Assembly: GCA_016860985.1 (NCBI GenBank)
Contig: BOKM01000001.1
Location: 156,185 to 220,184 of the forward strand
DNA from: Patescibacteria group bacterium
GTDB taxonomy: Bacteria > Patescibacteriota > Dojkabacteria > GCA-002793355
Direction of reading: 5' to 3'
Length of the DNA stretch: 64,000 bases
A program made the position numbers and the translations under genes. This document shows, piece after piece, positions 10,470-19,704 of the stretch; the first letter of the stretch is position 1, and every line of letters begins with the position of its first letter. The notes beneath the pieces are model-generated. The model was not told where the DNA came from. It saw only the letters and a program-made list of their open reading frames with translations, and did not search any database.

Positions 10470-10503
10470 AGAAATACAGTTAAATTATTCCTACCCCATT
10501 CTA

Positions 10504-11067
10504 CTATACTATATCCAAAAAAGGGAGCACATGTTGTTCTATCCCTCGCGAAACAGCCGAAATCAAGGTATCCATTTCGTTTTGCCTATAAGGGCGTAAC
10601 ACGTAATCAAGACCTGAAATTGGACTCCCTTTACGATTGTTAACACCTATTCTAAGCGAGTGTACGGCTTTTCCGACTGTAGAAATTACAGAAGCAATCC
10701 CATTGTGGGTTCTTGAATTCTTAATCGGAGAATACTTAAATCCACCGAGCTCAATGTCGAGCTCATCGTATATAATCATGACATCTTCTGCGTGCTTAAC
10801 ACCATATTTTTGCATGATTTGCTGTACTGCCCCACCACTCAAGTTCATAAAGGTTTGTGGCATAACTAATACAGCAATTCGACCAGTATTTGGTAAATAA
10901 ACTTCAGCAACCTTGCTGCGTTCTTTTTTTAATTCTGTCCAAGGATAAATCTGATAATCACGTTTTGCGAGATAGGATACTAATTGCTCTACAGCTATAA
11001 AACCAGCATTGTGTGGCGTATTGGTATATTCTTTTCCTGGATTACCGAGTCCTACGATTATCTTCAT
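10504..11067 (-). CDS. pth: Peptidyl-tRNA hydrolase
   Basis: GLGNPGKEYTNTPHNAGF, PQTFMNLSG, YDELDI, HNGIAS, LRIGV. Confidence 0.96.
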   Translation of the reverse strand: MKIIVGLGNPGKEYTNTPHNAGFIAVEQLVSYLAKRDYQIYPWTELKKERSKVAEVYLPNTGRIAVLVMPQTFMNLSGGAVQQIMQKYGVKHAEDVMIIYDELDIELGGFKYSPIKNSRTHNGIASVISTVGKAVHSLRIGVNNRKGSPISGLDYVLRPYRQNEMDTLISAVSRGIEQHVLPFLDIV

Positions 11068-11500
11068 ATGCAGTAAGTATACGTTCTGTTATATCTTTTT
11101 GCCAACTAAACATTTGGTCAGAGTGATCATGCCCTGCAAGGTGCAAAATACCATGCACAATTATCTCAATCAGCTCGTTTTCAAATGGGTGCTTGAGCAT
11201 TTTTGCGTTCTTAGAAATATCGTCAGGACAAATATACAATTCTCCCATTACCCCGGCCTCATACAACTCGAAACTTAGTACATCGGTTGAGACATTCTTC
11301 TCTCTGTAGGAATTATTAAGAGTCCGCATCCGCTTATTGCCAATAATGTTAATCAAAACCAATTGGCCGGCTGCTTTATCCTTTACTTCTGTGGGGAAAC
11401 AATAGTTATCATTCAATAGATCAACACTCGACATAAACGAAAGAACATCAAGAACAGATTCCTTTTGCTGATTCGTCGTTATTGAATAGTCAATTTGCAT
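11042..11500 (-). CDS. ybeY: rRNA maturation endoribonuclease YbeY
   Basis: LNNSYREKNVSTDVLSF, HGILHLAGHDH; start at ATG 11500 after the rpsU stop. Confidence 0.93.
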   Translation of the reverse strand: MQIDYSITTNQQKESVLDVLSFMSSVDLLNDNYCFPTEVKDKAAGQLVLINIIGNKRMRTLNNSYREKNVSTDVLSFELYEAGVMGELYICPDDISKNAKMLKHPFENELIEIIVHGILHLAGHDHSDQMFSWQKDITERILTAYEDNRRTR

Positions 11501-11507
11501 GAAGCAA

Positions 11508-11744
11508 TTAGAACATCTTCTTTTTGACGGATACTTGTGTTCGTGGCTTGCCCTTTGCTCGTCGTCGCTTTCTGCTTGCAGAACGTTCCAATTCATGGAT
11601 CTTTACTCTTTTTGCTTCAGATTTTGAAACGTGATAGCGCTTATCAAGAACATCGGATACAATCCCTTCTTTTATGACTTGTCTCTGAAATCTTCTCAGT
11701 ACAGAGTCAATTGCTTCGTTTTTATGTACTACAATAACTGCCAT
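11508..11744 (-). CDS. rpsU: 30S ribosomal protein bS21
   Basis: MAVIVVHKNEAIDSVLRRFQRQV..KRYHVSKSE, basic tail; start ATG 11744. Confidence 0.88.
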   Translation of the reverse strand: MAVIVVHKNEAIDSVLRRFQRQVIKEGIVSDVLDKRYHVSKSEAKRVKIHELERSASRKRRRAKGKPRTQVSVKKKMF

Positions 11745-11761
11745 GGTCGAATTATACACAA

Positions 11762-13186
11762 TTAATATGCTTTTGCAAAGATGGTCGGAACGCCTTCTTC
11801 GCCTGTAATAAAATCTGGACCGCGTTGATCGATTGTTGCAAACGGAATACATCGCGGAGTGATTTTATATTTTTCCTGCAAGGCTTTTGCGCGGATCGTA
11901 TCATCTTTGAAGAATACTCTATACATCGCTTTTCCTGAGTCAATCGCCTTAACTAACTCATCTTCAGAAGCTACATCAACCGTATTTTCTTCAAGGAAAG
12001 CTTCGGCGCGAGCGAGTAACATTGCATGAAATTCATCTAGCAACGTTGAAACTGCCTTATGGAGAGTTGATTCAAGCAACAGTGTCCCTTTCTGCCCAAG
12101 CCGAGTTGTGTAGGAAACCTGTTTTGCCTCAGCCTCTCTCTTGCCAATCTCTAGTCGCATCGGTACGCCTTTAAGTTCCCACTGGTTGAACTTCCACCCC
12201 GGAGTCTCGTTCCCCCAATCAACTTTGAACCGAATACCAGTTTCTTTGAACATAATTTCAATATTGGACACAAACTTTGCAACGGTTTCTCTATCTTCTT
12301 CGGACTTAAAGATTGGAATAATGACAACTTGAATTGGTGCCATTTTAGGAGGAAGAATTAAGCCCTTTTCATCTCCGTGTGCGCCGAGCATACCTCCAAG
12401 TGCACGCGTACTGAAGCCCCAACTGGTTTGCCAAACGTGCTGTGTCGTATTATTTTCATCAAGGAAGGTAATATCGAACGCTTTAGCAAAATTCTGCCCA
12501 AGTAGATGTGACGTTGCAATTTGCAGTGCCTTCTTGTTCTTTACCAATGTCTCAATGGTAACAGTGAAATCTGCACCAGCGAATTTTTCTCCAGTGGTTT
12601 TATACCCTTTATAGCCTGGAACTGCCATATAATCTCGTAAAAAGGATTCGTATCGGTTAGCAGCCTGCATCACATCGTCGACCGCACCATCTCTGGTGGC
12701 GTATGCTGTATGCCCTTCTTGCCATAAGAACTCTGATGTTCGCATATACATGACTGTACGTTTTTCCCAACGAACGATATTGCACCATTGATTAATCTTT
12801 AGAGGCAAATCACGATATGAATGTATCCAGTTAGGAAAAGTCTTGTACATAATCGTTTCAGATGTCGGTCTAATTACAAGTGGTTCTTCAAGCTTTTCTC
12901 CACCTGCCTCAGTAATCATTGCGACTTCGGGGGCAAACCCTTCGACATGCTCTTTCTCTTTTGCAAGAAATGAGTATGGTATAAACATTGGAAAATACAC
13001 ATCTGAAACCCCATCATCTTCTATCATTCCGCCCAATCCTTTTTGTACCTGTTTCCATAGAGCAAAACCATACGGGCGATGAATCATTGTACCTTTTACT
13101 GGACCATAGTCTGCGAGTTCAGCCTTAATAGTGACATATTGATACCACTCCGCAAAATCTTCGTGTATATTTGGAATCTTTTCCAT
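11762..13186 (-). CDS. proS: Proline-tRNA ligase (archaeal/eukaryote-like type)
   Basis: KEKEHVEGFAPEV, RPTSET, RTSEFLWQEGHT, QTSWG, C-terminal FAKAY. Confidence 0.97.
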   Translation of the reverse strand: MEKIPNIHEDFAEWYQYVTIKAELADYGPVKGTMIHRPYGFALWKQVQKGLGGMIEDDGVSDVYFPMFIPYSFLAKEKEHVEGFAPEVAMITEAGGEKLEEPLVIRPTSETIMYKTFPNWIHSYRDLPLKINQWCNIVRWEKRTVMYMRTSEFLWQEGHTAYATRDGAVDDVMQAANRYESFLRDYMAVPGYKGYKTTGEKFAGADFTVTIETLVKNKKALQIATSHLLGQNFAKAFDITFLDENNTTQHVWQTSWGFSTRALGGMLGAHGDEKGLILPPKMAPIQVVIIPIFKSEEDRETVAKFVSNIEIMFKETGIRFKVDWGNETPGWKFNQWELKGVPMRLEIGKREAEAKQVSYTTRLGQKGTLLLESTLHKAVSTLLDEFHAMLLARAEAFLEENTVDVASEDELVKAIDSGKAMYRVFFKDDTIRAKALQEKYKITPRCIPFATIDQRGPDFITGEEGVPTIFAKAY

Positions 13187-13386
13187 AATTACTCTTCAAA
13201 AATTACCTAAAGAACACATTGTGCTCTAACAGTAAGGACGAGTAATCTCGTGGTACCACCCCACCTTCCCGAATAATCGGCTCATTTCAAGAGTGTGTCT
13301 GCTCTTACAGTTGAGTTAGCATAAAAGGTTTCTCAAACGCTCGTAGGCGGGTTCGCTTTCGCTACTATTCCTATTCGTTGCGTACG
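13187..13386 (-). promoter_or_regulatory. T-box riboswitch, Pro (CCC specifier)
   Basis: Minus strand GGGTGGTACCACGAG-ATTA-CTCGTCC antiterminator-type element (13236-13263); AGTA...GAA-CCC specifier (CCC at 13349-13351); TGnTATAAT promoter at 13393-13401. Confidence 0.85.
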
Positions 13387-13404
13387 TTGATAATTATAAC
13401 ACTA

Positions 13405-14538
13405 TCACCTGATAAAAAACATCCAAACGTCCTTCAGCATAATTACCACCCCCAACGAGAGGAGAAAGAATAAGCCAATTGCCGTTATTATGTTTACTAA
13501 CTTTTCATTTGGTTTACGGCCTTTTACCTTTTCGTACAGTACTAAGAAAATGTGCCAACCGTCTAACCCTGGGAACGGAAGCATGTTAAACAACGCAAGA
13601 CTCACTCCAATGAGTCCGGTCATATTTGCGAGATCTGCGAAAATTGTTTTTGAATTGTCGACTACGGTTCCAACTGCTGCAACAATAGCAACTGGCCCGG
13701 CAAAGGCATACCCCAAGGGTTCTAAATCACCAGTTTTAACTGAAAAACTAAACATTGCAGACAACATTTTGCCTGTTAGTAGTGTCATATTGGCAACATG
13801 AGTTACACCAGAGAACGATTTATGAAGTAGGCTTGTACTGTAATCTAGCTGCACTGGAGCGGAAACCATATTGATTCCTATCTTTTTATCGGTATTACGT
13901 ACAACTGTTACATCTATTAATGTACCGTCTCCTTGTGCGATTTTCAGAAGAACCGTATCAGAAACCGCGGTTGAAATCTCAGTAATAACATCTTGCGGCG
14001 TTACTGTTACTTTTTCGTTTACTGTAACAATCGAGAAGGGTGGAGCAATCCCAAGTTTACTCATGGGAGAATCTGCCAAGATTGCCGTAACATACGGATG
14101 TTCTGCTCCATATTTGGGGTCGTAGGTTCCACCAACCACACTCATTACTGCCCCAATAGGCTTAAAATCAATAGGGGTGGGAACTTTCCAGCCATAAAGC
14201 GGGAGTGCAATATAAAAAGCGGCAATAGCAAGCAGAATATTCATAAGAGAGCCAGCCACAAGAACTTGCAATTTGGCTTTCTTTGAAGCAGTTGCAAAGT
14301 TACCTGAGCCTTCTTCCGCTTCCATCTCACCTTTTAGCCCATTATATCCGCCAAGGGGGAAGGCCTTGAGTAGCCAGATTGTTCCTTTCCATTTCTTTTT
14401 GAATAAAGTTGGTCCAAAACCTACAGCAAACTCATGAACACCAATTCCATTCTTTTTAGCAAGCAGATAGTGACCAAGTTCGTGTGCAATAACCATAATG
14501 TTAAGCACAAAGAGGGCGAGCAGTATGTTGAGTATCAT
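13405..14538 (-). CDS. rseP: Site-2 (M50) membrane metalloprotease RseP-like
   Basis: HELGH, FAVGFGP, FNMLPFPGLDG; downstream of frr. Confidence 0.92.
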   Translation of the reverse strand: MILNILLALFVLNIMVIAHELGHYLLAKKNGIGVHEFAVGFGPTLFKKKWKGTIWLLKAFPLGGYNGLKGEMEAEEGSGNFATASKKAKLQVLVAGSLMNILLAIAAFYIALPLYGWKVPTPIDFKPIGAVMSVVGGTYDPKYGAEHPYVTAILADSPMSKLGIAPPFSIVTVNEKVTVTPQDVITEISTAVSDTVLLKIAQGDGTLIDVTVVRNTDKKIGINMVSAPVQLDYSTSLLHKSFSGVTHVANMTLLTGKMLSAMFSFSVKTGDLEPLGYAFAGPVAIVAAVGTVVDNSKTIFADLANMTGLIGVSLALFNMLPFPGLDGWHIFLVLYEKVKGRKPNEKLVNIITAIGLFFLLSLGVVIMLKDVWMFFIR

Positions 14539-14542
14539 AATA

Positions 14543-15106
14543 CTATTTTAGCAGTAATTCTTTCTTCTTTTCGTAAACTTCGTTAATCTGTTCCGTAAAC
14601 TTCTTTGTTGTTTCGTCTAAATCTTCTAAAGCCTTAAACATTGCATCTTCAGGGAGTTCACCATCCTTTTTCATTTCTTCGATTTTTGTTTTTGCAGTTT
14701 GTCGGATATCACGCAAGCCTTGTCTAAAGTTTTCAGAACGATCTTTGAGCATTTTTGTGTACTCTTCTTTCTTCTCTTGTGTTAACGGAGGGAAGTTTAG
14801 ATAAATAGCATCATCTTTGACTGTTGGAGTAACTTCGCCTTTTAGATCTGCCTGCAATGCATCGGCAACATTCTTCACATTTCCTTTATCCCACGGCGTG
14901 ATAACAGCTGTCGCAGCGCTTGGGGCACTAATCGTAGCTACTTGGTAGAGCGGCATTGTGGCACCATAAGCGGTTACCTGCACATTCTTCAAGGCATCTA
15001 CATTAACACTTCCTGCTCGCATCTTTTGAGCTTCTTCTTTGAATGCCTCTACGGCAAGCTGCATATCGGTATCTACATCAGACCAGATTTGGGCTAAATC
15101 TGCCAT
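14543..15106 (-). CDS. frr: Ribosome recycling factor
   Basis: RAG, AYGATMPLYQVATI, PWDK, PPLTQE. Confidence 0.95.
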   Translation of the reverse strand: MADLAQIWSDVDTDMQLAVEAFKEEAQKMRAGSVNVDALKNVQVTAYGATMPLYQVATISAPSAATAVITPWDKGNVKNVADALQADLKGEVTPTVKDDAIYLNFPPLTQEKKEEYTKMLKDRSENFRQGLRDIRQTAKTKIEEMKKDGELPEDAMFKALEDLDETTKKFTEQINEVYEKKKELLLK

Positions 15107-15678
15107 CTTTCGAAACGTGATATTTTAATGTTTTCTCCGAGTTTACCAGTAACCTCTTCAAGAAGGTCTCTGATTGTTTTGCTTTCGTCTTTAAAGTATG
15201 GTTGGTCAAGTAGCGTATTTTCTGCAAGGTACTTTTTTAATTTTCCTTCCATAATCTTTTCAATTGCTGCTTCTGGTTTACCTTCTGCAACTAATTCTGC
15301 CTTCCATTGTGACTTAAGTTCCTCAAGAGATTCAGCAGACATTGCTTCGGCAGAAACATATAGTGGGTTTGTTGCAACAACCTGCAATGCTATTTCGTGT
15401 GCAAATGATTTAAGCTCTTCGTTACGAGCAACGAAATCAGTTTCGCACAACACTTCGACCATCGAGGCAAGCGTTCCATTTCCGTGAACGTAGGCATGGA
15501 TAATTCCATTTTGTGTGACTCGTCCTTCGCGTTTTCCGGCTCGCTCTTTTATAAGCTCAATAATGTACTTTTTGGCCTCTTCGTAATTGTCTGGATATTT
15601 TTCGGCTGCTTCTTTACAAAGACCAAAACTTGCTTTTGTTTCTTGTCGTAATCGAACGAGAATTTGTGTGTTAGCCAT
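15094..15678 (-). CDS. tsf: Elongation factor Ts (short form)
   Basis: LRQETKASFGLCKEA, EVLCETDFVARN, KLGENIKISRFER. Confidence 0.95.
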   Translation of the reverse strand: MANTQILVRLRQETKASFGLCKEAAEKYPDNYEEAKKYIIELIKERAGKREGRVTQNGIIHAYVHGNGTLASMVEVLCETDFVARNEELKSFAHEIALQVVATNPLYVSAEAMSAESLEELKSQWKAELVAEGKPEAAIEKIMEGKLKKYLAENTLLDQPYFKDESKTIRDLLEEVTGKLGENIKISRFERWQI

Positions 15679-16720
15679 TCTTTTTCACAAGTGAAATTAT
15701 CTTCTCTGCTGTCTTTTCTCCAATTCCTTTGATACCTTTGAGCTCATCGAGTGTCTTTTCTTTCAATTGCTCAACAGATGTTAGACCTGCTTGTGTAAGC
15801 TTTTCTACGACTGTTTCTGGCAAGTTAAGCTCTGTAACTGATCTGAAAGAAGTTACACGTACGGTACGACCACTCTTTGATTCTTCTCTCGGAGTGACAA
15901 CTGCTGGTGCTGCTGCGCCAATTGGTGCCTCACTTGCTAGTTTAATTCGGTGCTCTTCTTCGACTGCTCTTTCAAGGTCAACCAAACGTCGAGCAAATTG
16001 CTCTCTCATTGTAACCAATCTCTTTGAGCTATATTTATTTAATACTTCGCTAAATACTCCAAACAAAAGGCGGATTGCTTTAATAGCATCATCGTTTGAT
16101 GGAACTGGGAAATCAATCAATCGTGGGTCGCAGTTGGAGTCAACGATACCAATTATTGGAACGTTTAATGCTCTTGCTTCTTTTACCGCAATTTTCTCGT
16201 ATTTCGTGTCAATAATAATCATGACTTGTGGGGGTCTATCCATAAACATCACACCACCAAATCGCTTTTTTAGCTTCTCGATTTCTCGCTGCATAGCAAG
16301 CAATTCAATTTTTGGAAGAACATATCGCTTTTTAACGTGAAGTTCTTGAAGTCTTTGTAGTTTTTGAATCGACTGAGATACGGTTCTAAAGTTTGTTAAA
16401 AGCCCTGATGGCCATTTGTCATTAATGTAGTAAACACCAAATTTCTCGCCCATCTCTTGAACGATTGAGGCAGCTTGTTTTTTAGTTCCTACAATAAGTA
16501 CACGTGCTTCGCGTTGCACTGCTTTAACCAAATAGTCTACTGCAGTTTCTAAAGCGGGAACTGTTTTGCGTACGTCGATGACGTGAATTCCTTTTGCTTC
16601 TTTGAAAATAAATGGGGCGAATGCAGGGTGCCATCTTTGAGCAGAATGCCCAAATTGTGCGCCAGCCTTCAACAACTCTTCGGTTGTTGGAAACGTAATT
16701 GAAACTTGTTCGTTGTTCAT
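15671..16720 (-). CDS. rpsB: 30S ribosomal protein uS2 with C-terminal HhH-like domain
   Basis: LLKAGAQFGH, VGTKKQA, LTNF, DSNCDP, PSNDDAIKAI; about 120 extra C-terminal residues. Confidence 0.96.
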   Translation of the reverse strand: MNNEQVSITFPTTEELLKAGAQFGHSAQRWHPAFAPFIFKEAKGIHVIDVRKTVPALETAVDYLVKAVQREARVLIVGTKKQAASIVQEMGEKFGVYYINDKWPSGLLTNFRTVSQSIQKLQRLQELHVKKRYVLPKIELLAMQREIEKLKKRFGGVMFMDRPPQVMIIIDTKYEKIAVKEARALNVPIIGIVDSNCDPRLIDFPVPSNDDAIKAIRLLFGVFSEVLNKYSSKRLVTMREQFARRLVDLERAVEEEHRIKLASEAPIGAAAPAVVTPREESKSGRTVRVTSFRSVTELNLPETVVEKLTQAGLTSVEQLKEKTLDELKGIKGIGEKTAEKIISLVKKNG

Positions 16721-16820
16721 AGTCTCTCCTTTTACCTAAGCCTTCGACCATTTGGCAGGAGTACGAAGGCCTGAATTATTTAATATAGTTTCCCTATTTC
16801 AGGGTGAGAGATTATAGCAT
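16721..16820 (-). promoter_or_regulatory. rpsB promoter and structured 5' leader
   Basis: TGCTATAAT overlapping the radC stop; hairpins CCTGAA..TTCAGG and GCCTTCG..CGAAGGC; SD AAGGAG. Confidence 0.6.
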
Positions 16821-17477
16821 ATTGCCTGATTCTTTAAAACTGTAATACCCTGCTCTTGCGATAATGATATGGTCAACAATTACAACCGAAAACATCTCAG
16901 CGGCGATTTTGAGTTTTTGCGTTAACGTAATGTCTTCTTTACTTGGGGAGCTGTCCCCAGATGGATGATTGTGAACAACAATCACAAATCGAGATTGGTA
17001 TTTAATGTTGTAGTACAGTAAGTCTCTTGCTTCGAAGGCAACGGAATCAACACTCCCTTTAAATAATAACTTTGTTGCTATAACTCCGTACCGCGAACTA
17101 AGGTACACACCGTACACATGTTCCTGTTTCTTTTTGACCAAGAATTGAAAGAGCAGTTCAATAGAGTGTGGACCATTAACAATTGAATGCTTGGATACAA
17201 GTACTTGCTGCCTTTTGCATAACTCAAACGCTGCGACTAATACATGGATATGCTGCGTCGTTATACTACTACAACGACGCAACGCATCTTTGAACTGACT
17301 TGAGGTGTATGTGGTAGCGAGGTGTGCCTGCCATATTGGAAGTACGTCTCTTGCCACTCGGAAAACAGATGCCTTTTTTGATCCAAATCTCAAAAGTAAC
17401 GCAATTAGCTGTTCTTCGGTTAATGAACTATATCCAAATTGCTCACTTTGTCTTCTTAGATCGACTTGTACGTGCAT
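16812..17477 (-). CDS. radC: RadC/JAB-domain protein
   Basis: LIALLLRFG N-terminus; VHNHPSGDSSPSKED...DHIII JAB motif. Confidence 0.92.
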   Translation of the reverse strand: MHVQVDLRRQSEQFGYSSLTEEQLIALLLRFGSKKASVFRVARDVLPIWQAHLATTYTSSQFKDALRRCSSITTQHIHVLVAAFELCKRQQVLVSKHSIVNGPHSIELLFQFLVKKKQEHVYGVYLSSRYGVIATKLLFKGSVDSVAFEARDLLYYNIKYQSRFVIVVHNHPSGDSSPSKEDITLTQKLKIAAEMFSVVIVDHIIIARAGYYSFKESGNML

Positions 17478-19704
17478 TTCTGCTTTTCACGGCGACTTTA
17501 GTTTTTGCTGTCGCTCGTTTTTTTGACGGAGCAGAAGTCATTTTTTTGCTTGTTTTCTTAACGGCAGAATCCTTTCCGGTTCCGACTTTTTTAGTGAATC
17601 GACTCTTGATATATTTACACGCCGGGTATGCAGAACACCCAATAAAAGGTCTACCTGTTTTCCCTTTACGTTCAACAAGGTGCGCGCCACAATCTGGGCA
17701 CACTTCTTTCAATAACACTGGAAGCGTTTTTTTAACTTCTGGATACTGCGGATGTGCCCAAAAGATTCCAAATCTTCCCTTTTTCAAAATATATCCTTCC
17801 TTTTCAACTTCTTCGGAAACAAAATATTTGCTCATATCGACATACGGTTCTCGTGCTTTGCATTCTTCGTTGGGGCAGGAGTAGTACTTACCCCAAGGGC
17901 CAAGCTTTAGATGCATTTTAGTACCGCACTTACGACATTCTTTATCTGTTTCCCCCAAAGAAGTTAATTCTTCTTTGACGATTGTTTTCATTTTTTCTTC
18001 GATGTCTTTTGCAAAGACTGGGTAAAAACTATCAATCATCTTCTTTTTTGTTCTTTTTGCAGTAGCGATTTCGTCCAATTCTTTTTCCATTTCTGCGGTA
18101 AATGCAAAATCTACAATTTTTGGAAAGTGCTTCTTTAAAAAGTTGCACACCAAAATCCCCACTTCTGTTGGCGTTAGGAGTTTGTTTTCACGAGTAATGT
18201 AATTTCTAGTGATAAGTGTTGCAATAATCGTAGCGTAAGTCGAAGGTCGACCAATCCCAAGTTTTTCCATCTCTTTAACAAGCGTGGCGTCGTTGTAACG
18301 ACTTCTTGGCGTTGTGGTCAAGTGCTCGTCCACGATCTTTGCCACATTCATTTTATCGCCGACTTTAACTTCAGGGAGCGGCTTGATTTCCTTCTCTGCT
18401 GCATGCTTTAGCAGCTTATATCCTGCAAATACCTCTTTTTGGGAAACTGCTTCAAAAACCCACTTCTCTTTCTGCATTCGGTCTCGTGCATCGCCATCTG
18501 AGGGAAGCATTTTTACATTCTCTTCTTCTAGCAACTGAGGCTTCATCTGGGTCGCAACTGCTCTTCTCCAGATAAGTGCATAAAGTTTGTATTGCTGAGG
18601 CGTCAAATATTTTTTTACATCTTCTGGGGTCAATTCGGTGTGGGTTGGTCTAATTGCTTCGTGGGCTTCTTGAGCAACTCTTGATTTTGTTTTGTATCGG
18701 CGTGGTGTTTCGTTTAAGTATTCTTCCCCATACTTTTTCTTTATTATCTGTCGGATTGACTGAATCGCCTGTTCACTCATATTTACCGAATCTGTTCGCA
18801 TATACGAAATCAAACCGATTCGCCCGCCTTTATCTTTTAGGTCAACTCCTTGATAAAGCTCTTGAGCGACCTTCATAGTCATTTTTGCCGTAAATCCAAA
18901 GGTTTGGTTTGCGGCTTGTTGCATGGTAGAGGTCACCAGAGGAGGAGGTGGTGCAGAGGTAACGGTTTTAGTTTTATGTTCCACTACAACATGTTCTTTT
19001 TGCTTTTGTAGCTCACTGTTTATCATATCGCCAACATTTGGCTCAAGTTTGGCAATACTTCCTTTTGCATCGACGAGAAGGAATGGGACATCGGTCTCTT
19101 TATAATGGACCGTGAACGTCGTATAAGGTGAAGGAATAAATGCACGAATCTCTTCTTCTCTTTCAACTACCAACCGCAACGCTGCGGACTGTACTCTACC
19201 TGCCGATAGACCAAACTGAATTTTTTTCCATAACAATTGAGAAAGTGGGTAACCGACTAAACGGTCAAGGATTCTTCTTGCTTGTTGGGCTTTAACCAAA
19301 TCTTGGTCAACCTCTCTAGTCGCTTGTATGGCAGCTTTAATTGCATCTTTCGTAATTTCGTGAAAAACTGCACGTTGTACTTTCTCCGTTTTTTCTGGAA
19401 ACTTACAAATTTGTGCAACTTGCCATGCGATTGATTCTCCTTCACGATCAGGGTCTTGTGCGAGATATACAGTACCATTTGTAGCTTTAACGGCTCTTTT
19501 AATATCGTTAATAACCTTATCTTTCCCTTTAATGGTAACGTACTCCATTTCATATTCCGAATCTGTGGTACTCACTCCAAGCTTATTCGTTGGCAAATCG
19601 ATGAGATGTCCAACTGTTGCTATAACTGAAAAGTCCTTTCCTAAATAACCTTGAATTGTTTTCGCCTTTGCTGGAGACTCTACGATAACTAAGTTTTTTG
19701 CCAT
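17443..19704 (-). CDS. topA: DNA topoisomerase I
   Basis: LVIVESPAKAKTI, DPDREGE, SAGRVQS, ISYMRTDS, C-terminal Zn ribbons and Lys-rich tail. Confidence 0.97.
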   Translation of the reverse strand: MAKNLVIVESPAKAKTIQGYLGKDFSVIATVGHLIDLPTNKLGVSTTDSEYEMEYVTIKGKDKVINDIKRAVKATNGTVYLAQDPDREGESIAWQVAQICKFPEKTEKVQRAVFHEITKDAIKAAIQATREVDQDLVKAQQARRILDRLVGYPLSQLLWKKIQFGLSAGRVQSAALRLVVEREEEIRAFIPSPYTTFTVHYKETDVPFLLVDAKGSIAKLEPNVGDMINSELQKQKEHVVVEHKTKTVTSAPPPPLVTSTMQQAANQTFGFTAKMTMKVAQELYQGVDLKDKGGRIGLISYMRTDSVNMSEQAIQSIRQIIKKKYGEEYLNETPRRYKTKSRVAQEAHEAIRPTHTELTPEDVKKYLTPQQYKLYALIWRRAVATQMKPQLLEEENVKMLPSDGDARDRMQKEKWVFEAVSQKEVFAGYKLLKHAAEKEIKPLPEVKVGDKMNVAKIVDEHLTTTPRSRYNDATLVKEMEKLGIGRPSTYATIIATLITRNYITRENKLLTPTEVGILVCNFLKKHFPKIVDFAFTAEMEKELDEIATAKRTKKKMIDSFYPVFAKDIEEKMKTIVKEELTSLGETDKECRKCGTKMHLKLGPWGKYYSCPNEECKAREPYVDMSKYFVSEEVEKEGYILKKGRFGIFWAHPQYPEVKKTLPVLLKEVCPDCGAHLVERKGKTGRPFIGCSAYPACKYIKSRFTKKVGTGKDSAVKKTSKKMTSAPSKKRATAKTKVAVKSRNARTSRSKKTK

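Noticed and set aside
11745-11852. 114-aa version of rpsU
   Set aside because: Overlaps the proS 3' end; similarity to bS21 and a promoter both point to ATG 11744
15729-16340. Long antisense ORFs (e.g. 203 aa opposite rpsB, 186 aa opposite topA)
   Set aside because: Shadow frames of conserved genes with no protein-like motifs
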